Source: Setoptus koraiensis
Taxonomy: Eukaryota > Animalia > Arthropoda
Assembly: GCA_048013815.1 (NCBI GenBank)
Contig: CM106585.1
Location: 14,570,001 to 14,634,000 of the forward strand
DNA length: 64,000 bases
Direction: 5' to 3'
This document shows, one piece after another, positions 60,540-64,000 of this stretch (positions are counted from its first letter, which is position 1; every line of letters begins with the position of its first letter). Under the pieces are notes generated by a model. That model did no database searches and had not been told where the DNA came from. It saw nothing but the letters and a program-made list of their open reading frames with translations. The position numbers and the translations under genes are program-made.

Positions 60540-63500
60540 CTCTCTTTCTTCTTTTCACTAGCACTATAATAATTTAATTAATGCTATTCAACAGGTTTAA
60601 CTAGTTGCTATTGGTTGTCCACTTTTTGTATTGCCTGTTTCGGACACTTGATGCGGCGGCACCACTTTACAGCTATCTCACTGAGCACAACAATCACGGA
60701 TTTATTGTTTGATGCCGTTATTCCGGCGATCTGTCTATCGATTGTTGTTCACTTGTTGTTCAATTGTTGTTGCTTTGCAAGTTGTTGTTGCTGGCGCTGC
60801 TGCTGCTGTTGTTGTGTTGTTGTTTGTCGGTGTTGCAAGCAGCGTTCCTTGATGACGGCAACGGTGATGGTGGTGGTGATGATGATGAAGTTGATGATGA
60901 CGGTGTGACTAGGCACGAAGTTTAGCTGATGATAATACCACTACCACGACGATGACAACAAGAGAGCGATGCACAATGTCTCAATCTTGGTCAGTTGCTG
61001 GAAATTTGATCAGGCGACGAGATCAAAAGAGATCAAAAATAATAGTTGAGGTCTTCGACCCGCCGTGATTCTTCGATCTACGTTGGCGTTGTTGTCGTTG
61101 TCGTCTGATTATCTTGTCTAGCTAGTCGTCTTCTTCTTCTTCGTCTTCTCTTTCTTCTAGTGCAAGTGGTGCTAATGTTTGCGGTAATGTTCATGCAGCA
61201 GGTGATTTTAGATGTGTGGCCGAATGAAAGAGATGGATTATTGGAGGGGGGTGGGCAATGCCCTAGTGCACACTACAATTGTTGCCACCACACCACAACT
61301 TATACAACTTATATTTGACGCTATCAGTAGTCTACTCCAAGACACGATCTGTAGTAATTACAAATATTGCATAATATAATTTTGACTTGGTTGTATTGTG
61401 AACCTGTTGTTGTTGTTGTTGCTGTTAGTGTCGTGTTGAATATTAGAGTGGTGCTTATAATATTAATGTGTGTGTGTGAGTGTGTGTACAAATATGTGAT
61501 GCGTCAGATGTTGTAGCTAACGGGATGAGTTGTCTTCTTTACGTTGATTTAACATGATCATGCTCATTATTTGATGCCTTTGATTGAATAATGTGTATCA
61601 TATCCATCTTATATGCAGTGGTGATGACGAAATTTATTGCCTCTGAGTGCTTTTCTTAATTGACGGCTCTTACGTAACCTATTACGCAATCACAAGTGAA
61701 TTTTTCACCGCGATGGACGACAAGTCAACGTTCTAGGATGATGGTGTTGTTTAGGACAGGTGTAAATGTCAATTGACGCCGTTATACTCTTTATCTTTGC
61801 CTATCTCTCTATGTCTATATTGGTATGTTCACTTTTTACTTTGGGTTTCTTGCGAGTCAACGTGACTTGGCTGTTGGTGGTTGCTTTATCACAAACACAA
61901 AAATGGTTTGTTGTGTTATAGACAATTCTTTCGGTTTGTCGCAATATACTTCAACTTCTTTTGGCTTGTTTCAGAGAGGATCGCAATCAGTTACGAAACG
62001 CTCAACATTAGACCACAGCGATGATAGGTTTGAAATGAAAGAGAGTTGACGGTGTTGCAATCGCTGCTGGCATTCTGCTTCTTCTTGAGACGTTGCTTCT
62101 TCTTCTTCTTCTTGTTTTACCGTTTCTAGTGCTAGAGTGTCGCCCTTGAGGGTGAGACTCAATGATAGATAAAAGTGACCACCATCGGAGACTCAGACAA
62201 ATTCTTATCTACATAGAGAACAAGAAATGTCGCTCTCCTTTTCTTCAGAAATCCTCTCTCTCTCTCCCCTATTCGCTTGAAGCAGTCACATAAAGCATCT
62301 CAAGCGTCTCTCTTGGAGGAGTACACATAAAGTAAGATGCTGCTTGTATTTCTATTTGGTAGTTAGTACTAAGATAGACACACAAACACACATACCTAGT
62401 TCCAGCAAACTGCAGACTCAACTAAACGCCAACAACAACAGGTGGTTCGGAGTCGAAAAATAGTAGCAGTTGCGAGATGGCTGTTGTTGTGCTACACTAC
62501 TGGTTAGCCACTATACTGCTGGATAGCTTGTGTAGTGCTCTGTAGTATGGTGGTTGCAGTAGCAGTAGTGGCAGTGGTAGTGGCAGTAGTTGGAGGGAGC
62601 AAAATAAAGACTCATATGTATCACAACAGGCGAGCATCGTTTGAATGAATGATGCTGCTGCTGACGCCGCCGTTGCCGTTGCTCGACTAGCCACTAGCAA
62701 CTCCACCTGTATGATGCAATATCATCAGTGCCACCGTTACTTCATATTGGCGAGTGATTAACGGTAAAATAGCGAGAGGCACATGTGATAATAACTTAAA
62801 CGATCAACTGAATTCTCCGCCTCCAACACGAACGCTTCTTTGGTATTCCATTTAATTTGGCATCGAGGTATTCCGATGCAACTGGACGGCTTTCTCTTAG
62901 ACTTCTCCCTGTCGGACCGACTATCCCGCTATGGCCCAAGTAGTATCATGCACACACAGAGTTGTTTAGTATTGGGCAAAGGTTGGTTCGACAGACATTA
63001 TTGATGGCTCGGCGCTACAATTGTATTGGTTTTGTATATCGATGCTGCACTACTTGATGTATTGCTAAAGAGATATTCAAATCATGACTGTATTTTTCGT
63101 TTTTCGTTTTTCGTTTTCCGTTCTTTGTTCATACATGCTATATATGTTAACGCTCATGTTGTGTATATTCAATTTGCCACAATTGCAAAATGATTACCAA
63201 TATAATAAGGCATATTCGTGAGTTTATTTTTTCTTCTATTATTTCAATAGGAACTCTTGCCCATTGTCGATGATTCAGGCTAACGAAGCGTGCACCAATA
63301 TTGCCGCTCATAGCCAATGCGTCGGGATATCGACCTAGACCCTACTGTTTAGTGGCTCTACTGGTGAAAATAAATTATATCATGCTGCAATATCTGATAT
63401 TGATTGTTTCATTCTAGCAAGAACATATCCACTGGTGGCGTACAAAGCAAGAAGCTATGCACTAATGGACAGTAATCATCATTTTTGTGCAAAAGTTATC

Positions 63501-64000
63501 TTGAATACTAGTTGCATACTGGTTGGCCTATCGTCAGCTTGCGCCAGCTAGCTGGCCATTGTTTGCTAGTCCCGATTGTTACTTGGCTGATTAATGTTTA
63601 CATGATCTAAATAATGGCTTGCCTTTTTAGAACATCCTAAATTCATAGTTTTGGTATTGCTGGCTCATTCGTTACTTGGATGATTGATAAAATCAGCCAT
63701 TGACCCTCATATAATAGATTTTTCCCGTTGTGCAGCATCCATGGCGCCTATTTGTTGATGGTTTGAATCTTGCAATTGTAATTAGATCAAAAATAATTGA
63801 TTAAATGATATGAACCATAATTGATCAGATAAATATAATTGGCAGAGCAATAATCCAGAAACAGTGAATAATAATTTATAATTTATCCAAATTAGCAAAG
63901 ATAACTCAATCGCTCAATGCGAGATTGCATAGAATTTTTGATCGCCAAGCCGAACCAGGCCGAACCAGGCTGAAGGGGGCGGATTGCGTTGCCCTGCAAT

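Overview
Eukaryotic (animal, arthropod-type) genomic DNA; no prokaryotic, CRISPR, rRNA or tRNA signal. The compact spacing, intronless housekeeping genes and arthropod gene set suggest a streamlined mite genome, possibly eriophyoid (inference, not verified). Genes in order: 3' part of an ABCC/MRP transporter (+), FoxQ2 (+), TMEM120 (-), NOB1 (+), a BAZ1A/ACF1 lacking PHD and bromodomain (-), a small secreted coiled-coil + VWC protein (+, rebuilt from 6 exons), a non-catalytic carboxylesterase-like membrane protein (-, 6 exons), a 1284-aa low-complexity secreted orphan (-), an RBM39/RBM23-like splicing factor (-), ATP synthase subunit c (-), DNAJC17 lacking its RRM (-), ZNF207/BuGZ (+) and a Stubble-like serine protease (-, 9 exons including two microexons). 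Main themes: (1) repeated loss of domains or motifs from conserved proteins, including two neighbouring splicing factors; (2) intron loss in housekeeping but not developmental genes; (3) a sharply bounded GC-rich domain of about 10 kb, rich in unrelated short tandem arrays, with a CTCF-like motif at its left edge; (4) several perfect hairpins; (5) unexplained exon-like segments. All gene models were assembled by hand from splice signals and frame continuity, and family calls come from remembered motifs, not database searches.
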